Part shown: one piece after another, positions 1 to 13,489 of the stretch
Layout of the letters: each line of letters begins with the position of its first letter
How positions within the stretch are numbered: position 1 is the stretch's first letter
Assembly: GCA_964016885.1 (NCBI GenBank)
Contig: OZ024757.1
Span: forward strand, 13,950,001-14,014,000
From: Eledone cirrhosa
Taxonomy: Eukaryota
DNA: 64,000 nucleotides
Direction: 5' to 3'
The notes under the pieces: generated by a model
Told to the model about the DNA's origin: nothing
The model's database searches: none
Seen by the model: only the letters and a program-made list of their open reading frames with translations
Made by a program: the position numbers and the translations under genes

Positions 1-3
1 TAA

Positions 4-54
4 AGTTTAAGCAAAGAATCGCTGCTTTCACCCTTAACGGGATCTTCTGAAACT
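4..54 (-). ncRNA. Type I hammerhead-like motif with variant core (CAGAAGA)
   Basis: Minus strand reads agttt-CAGAAGA-tccc gttaa gggt-GAAA-gca..tgc-TT-aaact; all three stems can form. Confidence 0.55.
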
Positions 55-981
55 AACAAAGTCAATCTGTAAACGCAGAACTGGATATTTCAAAAAACGT
101 TGCAACCGGAGGAAGACAGGAAGACGATACTTTGGTTCATGGTGACGTTCGCTGGCAAAGAATGGGAAAAAAAACGAATAATACGTCATTAATAGGAGCG
201 GTGAAAAACAATTACGTGCAAGGACAGAACCACGTTTATGGTATAAAAGAGGTCGTAGACTAATGTTCTCTAAGTGGTGCATAGAGACGTTCTCTGGCAA
301 TGAACGAAAAAACAAAGATAATAAGTCATATGTGGAGCGTGGAGAACAATAGCGTGCAAAGACAAAACCACGTAAATGGTATAGCAGAAGTCGTAGACTA
401 AAATTCTAACTAGGAGACCGAATGAATCTCCGCTACAGAGTTAAGAACAAAGTAAATAAATACATTACAGAAGTAATAGGAACAAATAAATACATACACG
501 CAAACAGATACGTACATACACAAGCATACGCAAAACCTTACCATAGGTATACAAAACCACGCACATATAAATATGTGTATGTGTGTATGCTTGTGTACAA
601 ATAAATAAATAATTATATAAACGTATATAAGTAAATAAATACGTATATAACAAGCGCACACACATACCTACAAATAAATACATGAAGGTTCGGAGACGTA
701 AGTCAACTAAAACAAGAAGTACACATATACACACACCCACCATACGTACGAACCTGCATACTCACGCAGACGCAAAACTCCCATATACACATAACCAAGC
801 CCTAAATACCAGAATATGTAAAAATTATACGCCAAAACAGTCAAATATACGTACGAGAAGGTATACATACCTTCACAAAACATACGGGTAATATATACTT
901 ACCTATGCAAAAAGTAAAGGAATAAACAAAACATATACTTAGCTCCCACATCAAGACGAAAATATCCACGTATAGATCGTG

Positions 982-2314
982 CTATCCGTTAGGGTATAAC
1001 GTAGGGCTGTAATACAGGAAAGTTTTGTGCAATTTATGTTTACAAGCCGAAATTGCCTCAGATTTTTTGTTTAAGATGTGGTCTGTGGCGTAGAGTATTT
1101 CCAGGGCCTCAGCGGCGCAGAGGTCACATGGTCTTTTATTTCCGTTATACGATCTAGCCCGAGCTAGGATCTCCCAGTGTAACTTATATTGGGTGTGGTT
1201 GTCTTTTAGACTCCAGATATAAGCTGAAAGTGACGTCATATTCCTTCTTAGAGGGTAACGAAAAGAATGGGTATGCATGTAAAGATGCTGCTTGAAACTA
1301 TTGGCGGTTAACCCTATGTAGGCCCTACGGGACGTGGATGTTACAACCTTACATTTGTAGACAATGTTACTAGAGAGGCATTTCCCGGATAGGGGACAAT
1401 CAGCCCGATTCCTACAATTACAGTTAGTACTAACTACAGGGTTGCACGTGTTCCTACGGCTAGGTATTTTAGCTAAATTTGAAGCTGTGATGTTATGTGC
1501 AAGGTTAGGAGTCGTTGAGTAAGAAATTTTAATAGTGTTTCTATTAAAAATTTTACTATATTTATGTGTAGGGGGAAAATGCTTCGTAATAAGGGAAAGA
1601 AAGATCTTAGCTAATGGTGTGGCCACCTCCATATTATATGGTGGGTTAAACCAACAAATGCGACGGGATCTATTTCTTCTAGGTCTATTCTCGTACTCTG
1701 TATATGCTACCTTATCGACAAATCCACTTCGAGCAAGAGCTTCATTGTAATAAGTGGAATGGTCGTTGAAAATGCGCTCGTTGGTGGAAAGATGGGAAAG
1801 CCTCAACAAAACGTTTTTTACCAGGTTCTTGGTTATGCTGGCAGGATGGTTGGAATGCTTACTTATGTAATTAAGCGTATCATTCGGCTTTCTATACGGG
1901 TAATGCAACCCATTCAATAAATTGAGGGTAACGTCGAGGTAATTAACGACCGAGAGATTGGCCTCAACCTGTATAGAGAGGTTGAAGCCTTTAAAGAAGG
2001 CTGTGAGTTCTTTTCTGAATCTGTCGCAAGCACGAGGTCCGCACTTAGTCATGGTCAAAAGGCCATCGTCACGGTACAAACCACCGCCCGCGTTGGGGAA
2101 TTCGTCCTTGATAGAGAAAAGAAGGAAAAGGCCAATAAGATCAGTAACCTCCGCAGAGTCACTGGCGCCCATACTCACGTCGAATGGGGTACTATTGGAT
2201 TTTTTAATCCAAATAGAATCGTTGAAATTAATCACCGACTTTCGGGCATTAAGGATGACATCAACTTCGAAATTCTTAACCACTGTGAGTGTTTTAGCGA
2301 AATTGATAGCTCTA
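982..2314 (-). pseudogene. Penelope-like RT (C-terminal half) + GIY-YIG endonuclease, N-terminally truncated
   Basis: Motifs FDVSMGASDSAEVTDLIG, GLYRDDGL, NYLDVTLNL, WFNPPY, CNCRxxxxCPLxGxC, IVYKC...YIGLT and CDLC...CKH. Confidence 0.88.
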
Positions 2315-2372
2315 CCCGTTAAGGGTGAAAGCAGCGATTCTTTGCTTAAACTTTAATCTGTTATTTTAATAA

Positions 2373-3987
<1,615 letters not shown>

Positions 3988-4100
3988 TCATCATCATCAT
4001 CGTTTAACGTCCCTGTTCCACGCTTGCATGGGTTTGGACGGGGGTTTTCCCACTTGAGGCAAGAGTGATTGTCCTGCTCGCATCGGACTATCTGGCGGGT

Positions 4101-5699
4101 TTATCCATTTCGCCTTCACTTCTCAATAATGCTCTATCTTTCGCACTTAAATATTCTGACATCACCACAGATGAACTTCACATCATCCTCACCGCACGTA
4201 AAACCATCCTAGAGTTCAACAACGAATATTGGACCAGAGCCGATACCTCTAACAACTTCGACATCACAATGGGAGCATCTGATTCATCCCAATTGACTGA
4301 TTTAATTGGTATCTTCATTTTGAACTCTTTGAGTCGGAAAATTCCTCAACTTCGCGGTGGAATTTATCGTGACGATGGACTCTTTACTATCCTAAATTGC
4401 AATATAGTCAACCTTAATATTATTAAGAACAATATACGTAATCTCTTTAACCAACATAACCTAAAAATTGAATTTGATAATAGTATCAAACTAGCTAATT
4501 TCTTGGATGTATCTCTTAATCTTGACACTGGCCTATATTACCCTTACCATAAAAACAATGAGAACCTTAATTATGTTAACTTTAAATCTAACCATCCTAC
4601 CAATATCAAGAATGCTATAGTTAATAATATTGGAAATAGAATATCTAACATATCTTCTAATAAAAACATCTTTGATGCTAACGCCAATTACTATAATAAC
4701 GCACTTTCTAAAGCCGGCTATCCAGATAAAATCAAATATAGTAAAGAAACAAATTCTAGAAAAACTTACAGTAGAATAATTAATCATGACCATTCCAATA
4801 ATTTTAATAAAAGACCTAGATACAAAAACATAATCTGGTATAATGCTCCTTTCTCCATCTCTATTAATAACAATATTCCTAAATTATTCTTTAGTGCCTT
4901 AAATAAATGCTTCCCTCCCTCACATATCTATAGTAAAATATTTAACAAACACACCATCAAATTTTCGTATTCTACATCCTCCAATATTTCCAACATCATC
5001 TCTAAACACAACAATAAAATACTAAATACTAAATCTCTTCCTTCCAATATTGAATTTCATAATAACAGTAATAGTACTCCCAACGTCATTGTAAACCCTA
5101 GGCTAACTTCTGTAAACCCAAATACAACGTCAAACACAACTTCGCTAAATGTTCATAATCCAACTCTAAATCAAGAAACTATTATTCCTATTATTCCTAT
5201 CGCAAACAACTTCTCCAATCCAATTCCTTCTATAGATAACACTAGATCACTCATTAATAATCTCTCTAATTGCAACTGCCGCATTAAAAATAAATGTCCT
5301 CTCAACAACCATTGTCTCGATAAAAACTTAATTTATGAATGTAAAATTATAACTAGCACCAATTCCTTCACCTATTTTGGCTCCACTTCCACCTCTTTTA
5401 AAGCTCATCTCTATAATCATCATTCATCTTTCAAATACAAACTTAAAAGAACTAACACTGCTCTCTCAGAACTCATATGGTCCTTAAAAGACAAAAACAT
5501 TAAATATACCATCTTTTGGAAGAAGATTTCTTCTGCATCCTCATACTTGAACAGCTCTCTATCTAAAATCTGTAATCTCTGCCTAAATGAAAAATTTACC
5601 ATTATCTCTAACCTAGATTCTATAATAAATAGACGCACAGATTTGTTTTCTATCTGCCTGCATAAATTCCATAGAACTTTTCACAAAGTATACAGTTAA
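4101..5699 (+). pseudogene. Penelope-like RT (C-terminal half) + GIY-YIG endonuclease, N-terminally truncated
   Basis: Motifs FDITMGASDSSQLTDLIG, GIYRDDGL, NFLDVSLNL, WYNAPFS, CNCRxxxxCPLxxxC, IYECK...YFGST and CNLC...CLH. The first ~12 codons of the called ORF come from an adjacent retroposon tail. Confidence 0.88.
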
Positions 5700-6681
5700 T
5701 ATTCAATTCTTTATCAATTTAGAATCTTTTCTCAAAGGCACATATACATACACCTCTTTAAAATATACCCATCTACCTTACTTTAAAGGGCATTATACAC
5801 TCTATAATACTTGTTTACTCATTCTATCTTCACCTTGTAAAATCATAACATATACAATATTCATCCGCAATCATTATTATTTTTTCTCTCTATCATAAAT
5901 CTTTTTAATCTCAATTTCATCCTTAATTTATTATTTTTTTCTCCCCATCAACGAACTCATTATTAATACATATTAACTCTTTATTCGCATATATTATCAA
6001 TTCAACCAATATACAAACTTTAACTTCACATTATTTTTCTCAAATCCTTCTACACACAAACCTTAATAATTTTTCTCTTCGTTAATTTTGAAATTGCCAC
6101 AATATATACATTTCTTTTTTTGACGTTAGAATATTCATCCACAATTATTATTTTTTTCTCTCTATCTTCATACATAATTTCCCTTTGTTAATTTTCAAAT
6201 TCCTTTAATTTATACATTATCTTCCAACGGTTCCCAACCTCTCTATGTTAAAACAATATATCTTTTTCTCAGTTATAAAAACTATCTCTTTCTCTCTATC
6301 ACCCATCTCTCCCTCTCCACCTTCACTCTCATCTCCTCCCCCTTTTTTTCATCCCCCCCTCCCTAAATAAAATATTTTTTCCTCGCACATATCCTCCCTT
6401 CGTTAATTTTCAAAATTTTTAATTTATACAGTATCTTCCAACGGTTTTCAACCTCTCTATGTAAAAAATATATCTCCTCTCAGTTATAAAAACTATCTCT
6501 TTCTCTCTATCACCCATCTCTCCCTCTCATCTCCTTCCCTTTTCATCCTTCCCCCCCCCCCCCTCTCTGAATAAAATATTTTTTCCCAATATCACACATC
6601 AATCTAAAACCACTTTTCATATGTTGATTTAAAACTGCACTATCCACAAGTGTTTTTTAGCCTTCATATCATGTTCTCCTG

Positions 6682-6748
6682 TTTTATCTGATGAAAACAC
6701 AAATATTATTGCATGATGATGTTTGTTTTTGAAATGCGCATAATAAAA
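6682..6748 (+). ncRNA. Type I hammerhead ribozyme (Penelope pLTR type)
   Basis: ttttat-CTGATGA-[stem II 6695-6730]-GAAA-tgcgca-TA-ataaaa, with a palindromic minimal stem III. Confidence 0.8.
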
Positions 6749-6780
6749 TACATGGAACTCCTTTAACCATCTTTTGATCT

Positions 6781-7005
6781 TATATTATATATATCTATAT
6801 ATATATATGTATATCTATATATATGTATATATATATCTATATGTATATCTATATATATGTATATATATCTATATATATATATATCTATCTATATATATAT
6901 ATATATCTATATATATATATATATATCTATATCTATATATATATATATATATATCTATATATATATGTATATCTATATATATGTATATATATATCTATAT
7001 ATATA

Positions 7006-7040
<35 letters not shown>

Positions 7041-7345
7041 ATATATATATATATATATCTATATATATATATATATATCTATATATATATGTATATCTAT
7101 ATATATGTATATATATATCTATATATACATGTATATCTATATATACATGTATATCTATATATACATGTATATCTATATATATGTATATATATATCTATAT
7201 ATATATGTATATCTAAATATATGTATATATATATATCTATATGTATATCTATATATATGTATATATATATCTATATATATGTATATATATATATCTATAT
7301 ATATATGTATATCTATATATATATGTATATCTATATATATATGTA
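6781..7345. repeat. (TA)n microsatellite with TC/TG interruptions
   Basis: Direct reading. Confidence 0.95.
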
Positions 7346-7971
7346 TTAGAGATAAGAGGGATCAGATGTTGTTTACTCGAGAGAAGGCTGCGTTGGTATG
7401 GACACGTGATGCGCATGAAAGTCGATAGCTGTATTACAAAGTGCAGGGCAATAAAGATAGACGGTAGCCACGGAATAGGCAGACCTAGAAAAACATGGGA
7501 TGAGCTGATAAACTCCGACCTCACACACTTACACCTCTCCAAGACAATGTCACTGGACCGAGACCTTTGGCGGTACTCAGTAACAGAGAAGACCCGCCTT
7601 GCCAGTAGGCATCTCTAACAAAATACACCCCGTCCCGCCACCACCCCCACCCCATCCACACCACCCCGTTCTATGTAAAGTTATGTTGGTGCCGCGCCAT
7701 CCAGGCCGAAACAAATGAGATCGTGTAGGTGTCACGACAAAAAAACACACAGTCCACGCTGTAATGTGGCCGTGTGGGCAACACGGTAAAAACCTCCCAG
7801 ACCCACACTGTAAATGTGGTTGGTGTTAGGAAGGGCATCCAACTGTAGAAAACCTGCCAGACAGTCCTATGCGAGCAAGACAATCACTCTTGCCTCAAGT
7901 GGGACTACCCCCGTCCAAACCCATGCAAGCGTGGAACACGGACGTTAAACGTTGATGATGATGATGATGAT
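7346..7971 (+). mobile_element. RTE-type LINE 3' fragment with (GAT)n tail
   Basis: Encodes [12 protein letters not shown]...GRPRKTWDE...DRDLWR, followed by a 3' UTR ending ggacgttaaacgttgatgatg. Confidence 0.85.
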
Positions 7972-8310
7972 CTATATATATGTATATGTATATCTATATA
8001 TATATGTATATCTATATATATGTATATATATATCTATATATATATGTATATCTATATATATGTATATATATCTATATATATATGTATATTTATATATATG
8101 TATATTTATATATATCTATATATATATGTATATCTATATATATGTATATATATATCTATATATATATGTATATCTATATATATGTATATATATATCTATA
8201 TATATATGTATATTTATATATATGTATATTTATATATATCTATATATATATGTATATCTATATATATGTATATATATATCTATATATATATATGTATATT
8301 TATATATATG

Positions 8311-8347
<37 letters not shown>

Positions 8348-8990
8348 GTATATATATGTCTATATATATATGTATATATATGTATATATATGTCTATATA
8401 TATATGTATATATATGTATATATATATCTATATATATATGTATATCTATATATATATGTATATCTATATATATGTATATCTATATAAATGTATATCTATA
8501 TATATGTATATGTATATGTATATGTATATCTATATATATGTATATGTATATCTATATATATGTATATGTATATCTATATATATGTATATATATATGTATA
8601 TCTATATATATGTATATATATATGTATATCTATATATATGTATATATATATGTATATCTATATATATGTATATATATATGTATATATATATATGTATATC
8701 TATATATATGTATATATATATATGTATATATATATGTATATCTATATATATGTATATATATATATCTATATGTATATATATATATCTATATGTATATATA
8801 TATCTATATCTATATGTATATATATATCTATATCTATATGTATATATATATCTATATCTATATGTATATATATATGTATATCTATATATATATGTATATC
8901 TATATATATATGTATATCTATATATATATATATATGTATATCTATATATGTATATCTATATATGTATGTATATCTATCTATATATATAGA
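7972..8990. repeat. (TA)n compound microsatellite
   Basis: Direct reading. Confidence 0.95.
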
Positions 8991-9129
8991 GAGAGATGGA
9001 TATACATGTATTCTGAAATATATCCTTGTACACCAAGGTAAACATAGCCATTCAATAAACGAAATTAATATGAAAAATACCAAAGACATTGTCACTGTTT
9101 TATGTCTATGTTCCATGTTTGCACGAGAT

Positions 9130-9946
9130 AGACAGGTTAGAGGTTGTCATACAGAGGGTAGTTAGGCAGATTAGACAACAGTCTCTCTCATATACTCCAT
9201 TTTGGGTATGTGACAGGTTGTCACAGAGGTTAGTTAGGCAGATTAGACAACAGTCTCCCTCATATACTCCATTTTGGGTATGTGACAGGTTGTCACAGAG
9301 GGTAGTTAGGCAGATTAGATAACAGTCTCCCTCATATACTCCATTTTGGGTATGTGACAGGTTGTCACAGAGGGTAGTTAGGCAGATTAGACAACAGTCT
9401 CCCTCATATACTCCATTTTGGGTATGTGACAGGTTGTCACAGAGGTTAGTTAGGCAGATTAGACAAGTGTCTTCCTCATATACTCCATTTTGGGTATGTG
9501 ACAGACAGGTTAGTTAGACAGATTAGACAAGTGTCTTCCTCATATACTCCATTTTGGGTATGTGACAGACAGGTTAGTTAGACAGATTAGACAAGTGTCT
9601 TCCTCATATACTCCATTTTGGGTATGTGACAGACAGGTTAGTTAGACAGATTAGACAAGTGTCTTCCTCATATACTCCATTTTGGGTATGTGACAGACAG
9701 GTTAGTTAGACAGATTAGACAAGTGTCTTCCTCATATACTCCATTTTGGGTATGTGACAGACAGGTTAGTTAGACAGATTAGACAAGTGTCTTCCTCATA
9801 TACTCCATTTTGGGTATGTGACAGACAGGTTAGTTAGACAGATTAGACAAGTGTCTTCCTCATATACTCCATTTTGGGTATGTGACAGACAGGTTAGTTA
9901 GACAGATTAGACAAGTGTCTTCCTCATATACTCCATTTTGGGTATG
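9130..9946. repeat. Minisatellite with ~73-bp then ~61-bp units (catatactccattttgggtatgtgacag core)
   Basis: About 12 tandem copies that run into a LINE-3'UTR-like sequence. Confidence 0.9.
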
Positions 9947-10555
9947 GTTTCTATGGCTGGATGCTCTTTCTAATGCCAATCACTTGTTGGCATGTAGTGG
10001 GTTTGTTTTCTTGAAGTACCACAATTACCACTTGACACGGTGACTGAGTGTTTTTTTGGGGATTTTTTCGTGGCACCAGCACTGCCATTTTATAGTGTGT
10101 GCTGGGTGGATTTTATATCTTCATTGACATCTTCTTCAACAACTTCATCCATCTTCATCGTCATCTTCATTGACATCAGCACCACCATCATCGACATCAC
10201 CATCGGCATCATCACCGACATCATCATCACCATCACCATCGACATCAGCATCACCATCAACATCATCTTCACCATCGACATCACCATCATCACCATCACC
10301 ATCATTGACATCACCATGACCATCATCACCACCAACACCATAACCATCACCACCACCACCACCACCAAAACACCATCATCACCACCACCTTCACCACTAT
10401 CATCACCATCACTGACATCACCATCACCACCATCATCACCAAAAACACCATCACCACCATCATCACCAAAAACACCTTCACTACCATCATCACCACCATC
10501 ACCATCACCATCACAACCATTGTCATTATATCTATGTGTATGTTTCTATCCACAG

Positions 10556-10711
10556 GTCTCCGTTGTCACCTAGAAGATGCTTGTGCCAGCAGCCCCTGCC
10601 ATGCTGATGCCCTCTGCTCCACATCTCCTATAGACGGCAACCCTATCTGTTCCTGTCCCAAGGGATGGCAAGGAAAAGACTGCTCCAAAGATATTGATGA
10701 ATGTGCAAAAA
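10556..10711 (+). CDS. Notch: Notch exon, EGF10 and start of EGF11
   Basis: Boundaries cacag| and |gtaag, phase 1/1. Encodes GLRCHLEDACASSPCHADALCSTSPIDGNPICSCPKGWQGKDCSKDIDECAK, recognisably like fly Notch EGF10 ([28 protein letters not shown]...). Confidence 0.93.
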
Positions 10712-10719
10712 GTAAGAAC

Positions 10720-11580
10720 ACAGACATGCACACACACGCACGCAAGCACACACACACTAGACACTCACACATGCACGCACACACACAGACACACACACAT
10801 GCACACACACACACAGACACACACACATGCACACAAGCACACACACACAAGGCACCCACACACACATGCACACACACGCACACAAGCACACACACACACA
10901 CAAGACATTCACACATACACACACACACGCACATACACACACACACAAGACACACACGCAAGCACACACACACACGCAAGCACACACACACTAGACACTC
11001 ACACATACACGCGCACACACACAAGACACACACACACATGCACACAAGCACACACACACACAAGACATTCACACAAGACACTCACACATACACACAAGGC
11101 ACACACACACATGCACACACACAAGACATTCACACACCCACAAGACACTCACACATACACACACGCACATACACACAAGACACACAGACACACACACGCA
11201 CGCAAGCACACACACTACACTCACACATACACGCATGCACACACACACACACACACACGCAGACACACACACATAAGCACACACACACAAGACATTCACA
11301 CACACACACACACATGCACACAAGCACACACACACAAGACATTCACACACACACAAGACACTCACACACGCACATACACAAGGCACACACACAAGACATT
11401 CACACACGCACATACACACAAGACACACACACACAGACATGCACACACACGCACGCAAGCACACACACACAAGACATGCACACACACAAGACACACACAC
11501 AAGACACACACACAAGACACACACACAAGACACACACACAAGACACTCACACAAGACACTCACACAAGACACACACACAA

Positions 11581-11625
<45 letters not shown>

Positions 11626-11627
11626 AC

Positions 11628-11678
<51 letters not shown>

Positions 11679-11682
11679 TATA
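10720..11682. repeat. (CA)n compound microsatellite followed by (TA)n
   Basis: Direct reading. Confidence 0.95.
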
Positions 11683-11705
11683 TTAGAAAGTGAACAACAC
11701 AAAAT

Positions 11706-11787
11706 ATAACTACTCCATTACCAAAGGTTTCTGGATCACAGACGATAATAATATACGTCTGGATCGGTCGTCAGACAGAGATGTTAT
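11706..11787 (-). ncRNA. Type I hammerhead ribozyme motif in a short insert within (TA)n
   Basis: Minus strand reads ctctgt-CTGACGA-cc gatc cagacg..cgtctg t gatc ca-GAAA-cc ttt gg-TA-atggag. Stem I is extended by ataac/gttat. Confidence 0.7.
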
Positions 11788-11798
11788 GGATATATATA

Positions 11799-12682
11799 CA
11801 GGGTGCGGACGATATTTGTTTGCAAGATTGCTGTGTAGGAAAAAGTAACACAGTAGTTTTATTTTTTAAGATATATTTATCAAACTTGGGTCAGTTTGTC
11901 TTCATGACATGTTCTTTCGATCTCACTCGATAAACCCGCCATTGGCTTTGATGACGGCCTCAAGGCGGCCTCGGAACCGGCTACAGGCCTTCATCACTGT
12001 CCCCTGACTTAGGCCCCTAAAGCACTTGTGATCCTGGCCTTCAGATCATCTTTAGTATTGCAGCTAGATCTGTTGGTGTCTCGTTCCACTGCGCCCCACA
12101 CAAAGAAGTCGAGGGGGTTGCAGTCAGGCGAGCTGGGAGGCCAGATGTCAGGTGAAGTGTGGTTGACAAAGTTTTCTGACAGCCAGGCTTGGGTCTTTCG
12201 GCTGGTATGGGAGGGCGCTGAGTCTTGCTGCCACACGTACGGCCTACCTGCAGCTACCTGGTCGATCCAGGGCTTTACTACCTCGCTCAGAACACGGATG
12301 TAGCCATCAGCTTGAGGCCCTCAGGGAAGAAGTGAGGTGGCATGACGTCACCTTGATTGCTGACGACACCTAAGACCAATGTTGTCGCTGGAAACATTGT
12401 CTGCATGACTTTGGGCACATCTTTGGATGAGACAGCGAGCCACCTGTTGTTCTGGGAGTTGATCTTCTGGCCTTATTTGTCCTCCCGGCGCGGATTCCAA
12501 GAAGAACTCCGTGTCTCTTCCACAAATTTGGAGGTTCAAAATTATTCATAATCAATTATTCTGAAAATAAATAATGGAAATATAGTCACTGTTTTTATGA
12601 AGACAAGAGTGACAACAGAAGTAAAAAAAAATTGCATAAAATTAGCAGTTGAAAATTGCGAACAAATATTGTCCGCACCCTG
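11799..12682 (-). mobile_element. Internally deleted Tc1/mariner-superfamily transposon, DD37D (maT) family
   Basis: TA-flanked ~27-bp TIRs (cagggtgcggacgatatttgtttgcaa / ttgcgaacaaatattgtccgcaccctg). The transposase remnant QQDSAPSH...WPPSSPDCNPLD has 37 residues between the last two Asp. Confidence 0.9.
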
Positions 12683-12707
12683 TATATATATATATATATA
12701 TATATAT

Positions 12708-13048
12708 GGAGGCACATGGCTTAGTGGTTAGAGCATTGGCCTTGCAATCTAAAGGTTGTGAGTTCAATTCTCAGACCGGGTGATGTGTTGCTTCCTTGAG
12801 CAAGACACTTTATTTCACATTGCTCCAGTTTACTCAGCTGTAGAAAGGAGATGATAGGGACTGGGGTCTCTATCATTCCACTGCAAAGTGGTCGTGGAGA
12901 TGCCACGGCAAAAAAGCACCCAGCACTCACTGTAAATGAGGTTGGTGTTAGGAAGGGCATCCAGCTGTAGAAATCAAGCCAGAATCAGTTCCCGTCCCAC
13001 CCTTGCAAGCAGGGAAAAAGTGGACGTAAAATGAAATGATGATGATGA

Positions 13049-13052
<4 letters not shown>
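12708..13052 (+). mobile_element. tRNA-derived SINE (family A) with RTE-like (GAT)n tail
   Basis: A box tggcttagtgg, B box gttcaattc, tail ggacgtaaaatgaaatgatgatg. Further copies at 21131-21474(+), 29723-30044(+), 36318-36660(-), 38070-38344(-) and 44634-44972(+). Confidence 0.88.
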
Positions 13053-13088
<36 letters not shown>

Positions 13089-13489
13089 GTAGAACACTGG
13101 AAGGTAATATCCGTAGTGGTAGAGCACTCAGTCCATGGGACGAGTTTGGTAGAAGTGGTTACAGAACAGTTAGTTCACCATACCGAGAACAATTGTTAGC
13201 CCGCTAAGGTGAAACAACTAACTGTTGTGTAACCAGTTCTATATATATATATATATATATATAAAATTTTACCTGCCCTAGATAGATAGATATTTATAGT
13301 TCAAATCCTGCTGAGGTTAGCTTTGCCTTTCATCCTTATAGGGTCGATAAAATAAAGTACCAGTAATGCACTGGGGTTGATTTAATCGACTTTCCCCTCC
13401 CCTTCAAATTTAATAGGCCGCAGGGAGGGATGAGATAATTATTCAAGACCTGAGAGTAATTACATCATTATTTCATGTGTTTTGGCGAG

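Larger units (their letters stand above)
1..2372 (-). mobile_element. 5'-truncated Penelope-like retroelement (Naiad-type) with 3' region and inverted 5' pLTR fragment
   Basis: Contains ORF 982-2283. Positions 1-41 are the exact reverse complement of 2315-2355. The 3' UTR has an internal duplication (~185-263 vs ~326-402). Abuts (TA)n. Confidence 0.85.
4100..6780 (+). mobile_element. 5'-truncated Penelope-like retroelement (Naiad-type) with ~1 kb 3' region ending in a hammerhead motif
   Basis: ORF runs to 5699. The 3' UTR has an internal duplication (~6180-6385 vs ~6395-6585). Hammerhead motif at 6682-6748, then (TA)n. Confidence 0.85.

Noticed and set aside
12708-12790. tRNA gene
   Set aside because: The A/B boxes belong to a multi-copy SINE head that continues into a SINE body and (GAT)n tail; no complete acceptor stem is evident.
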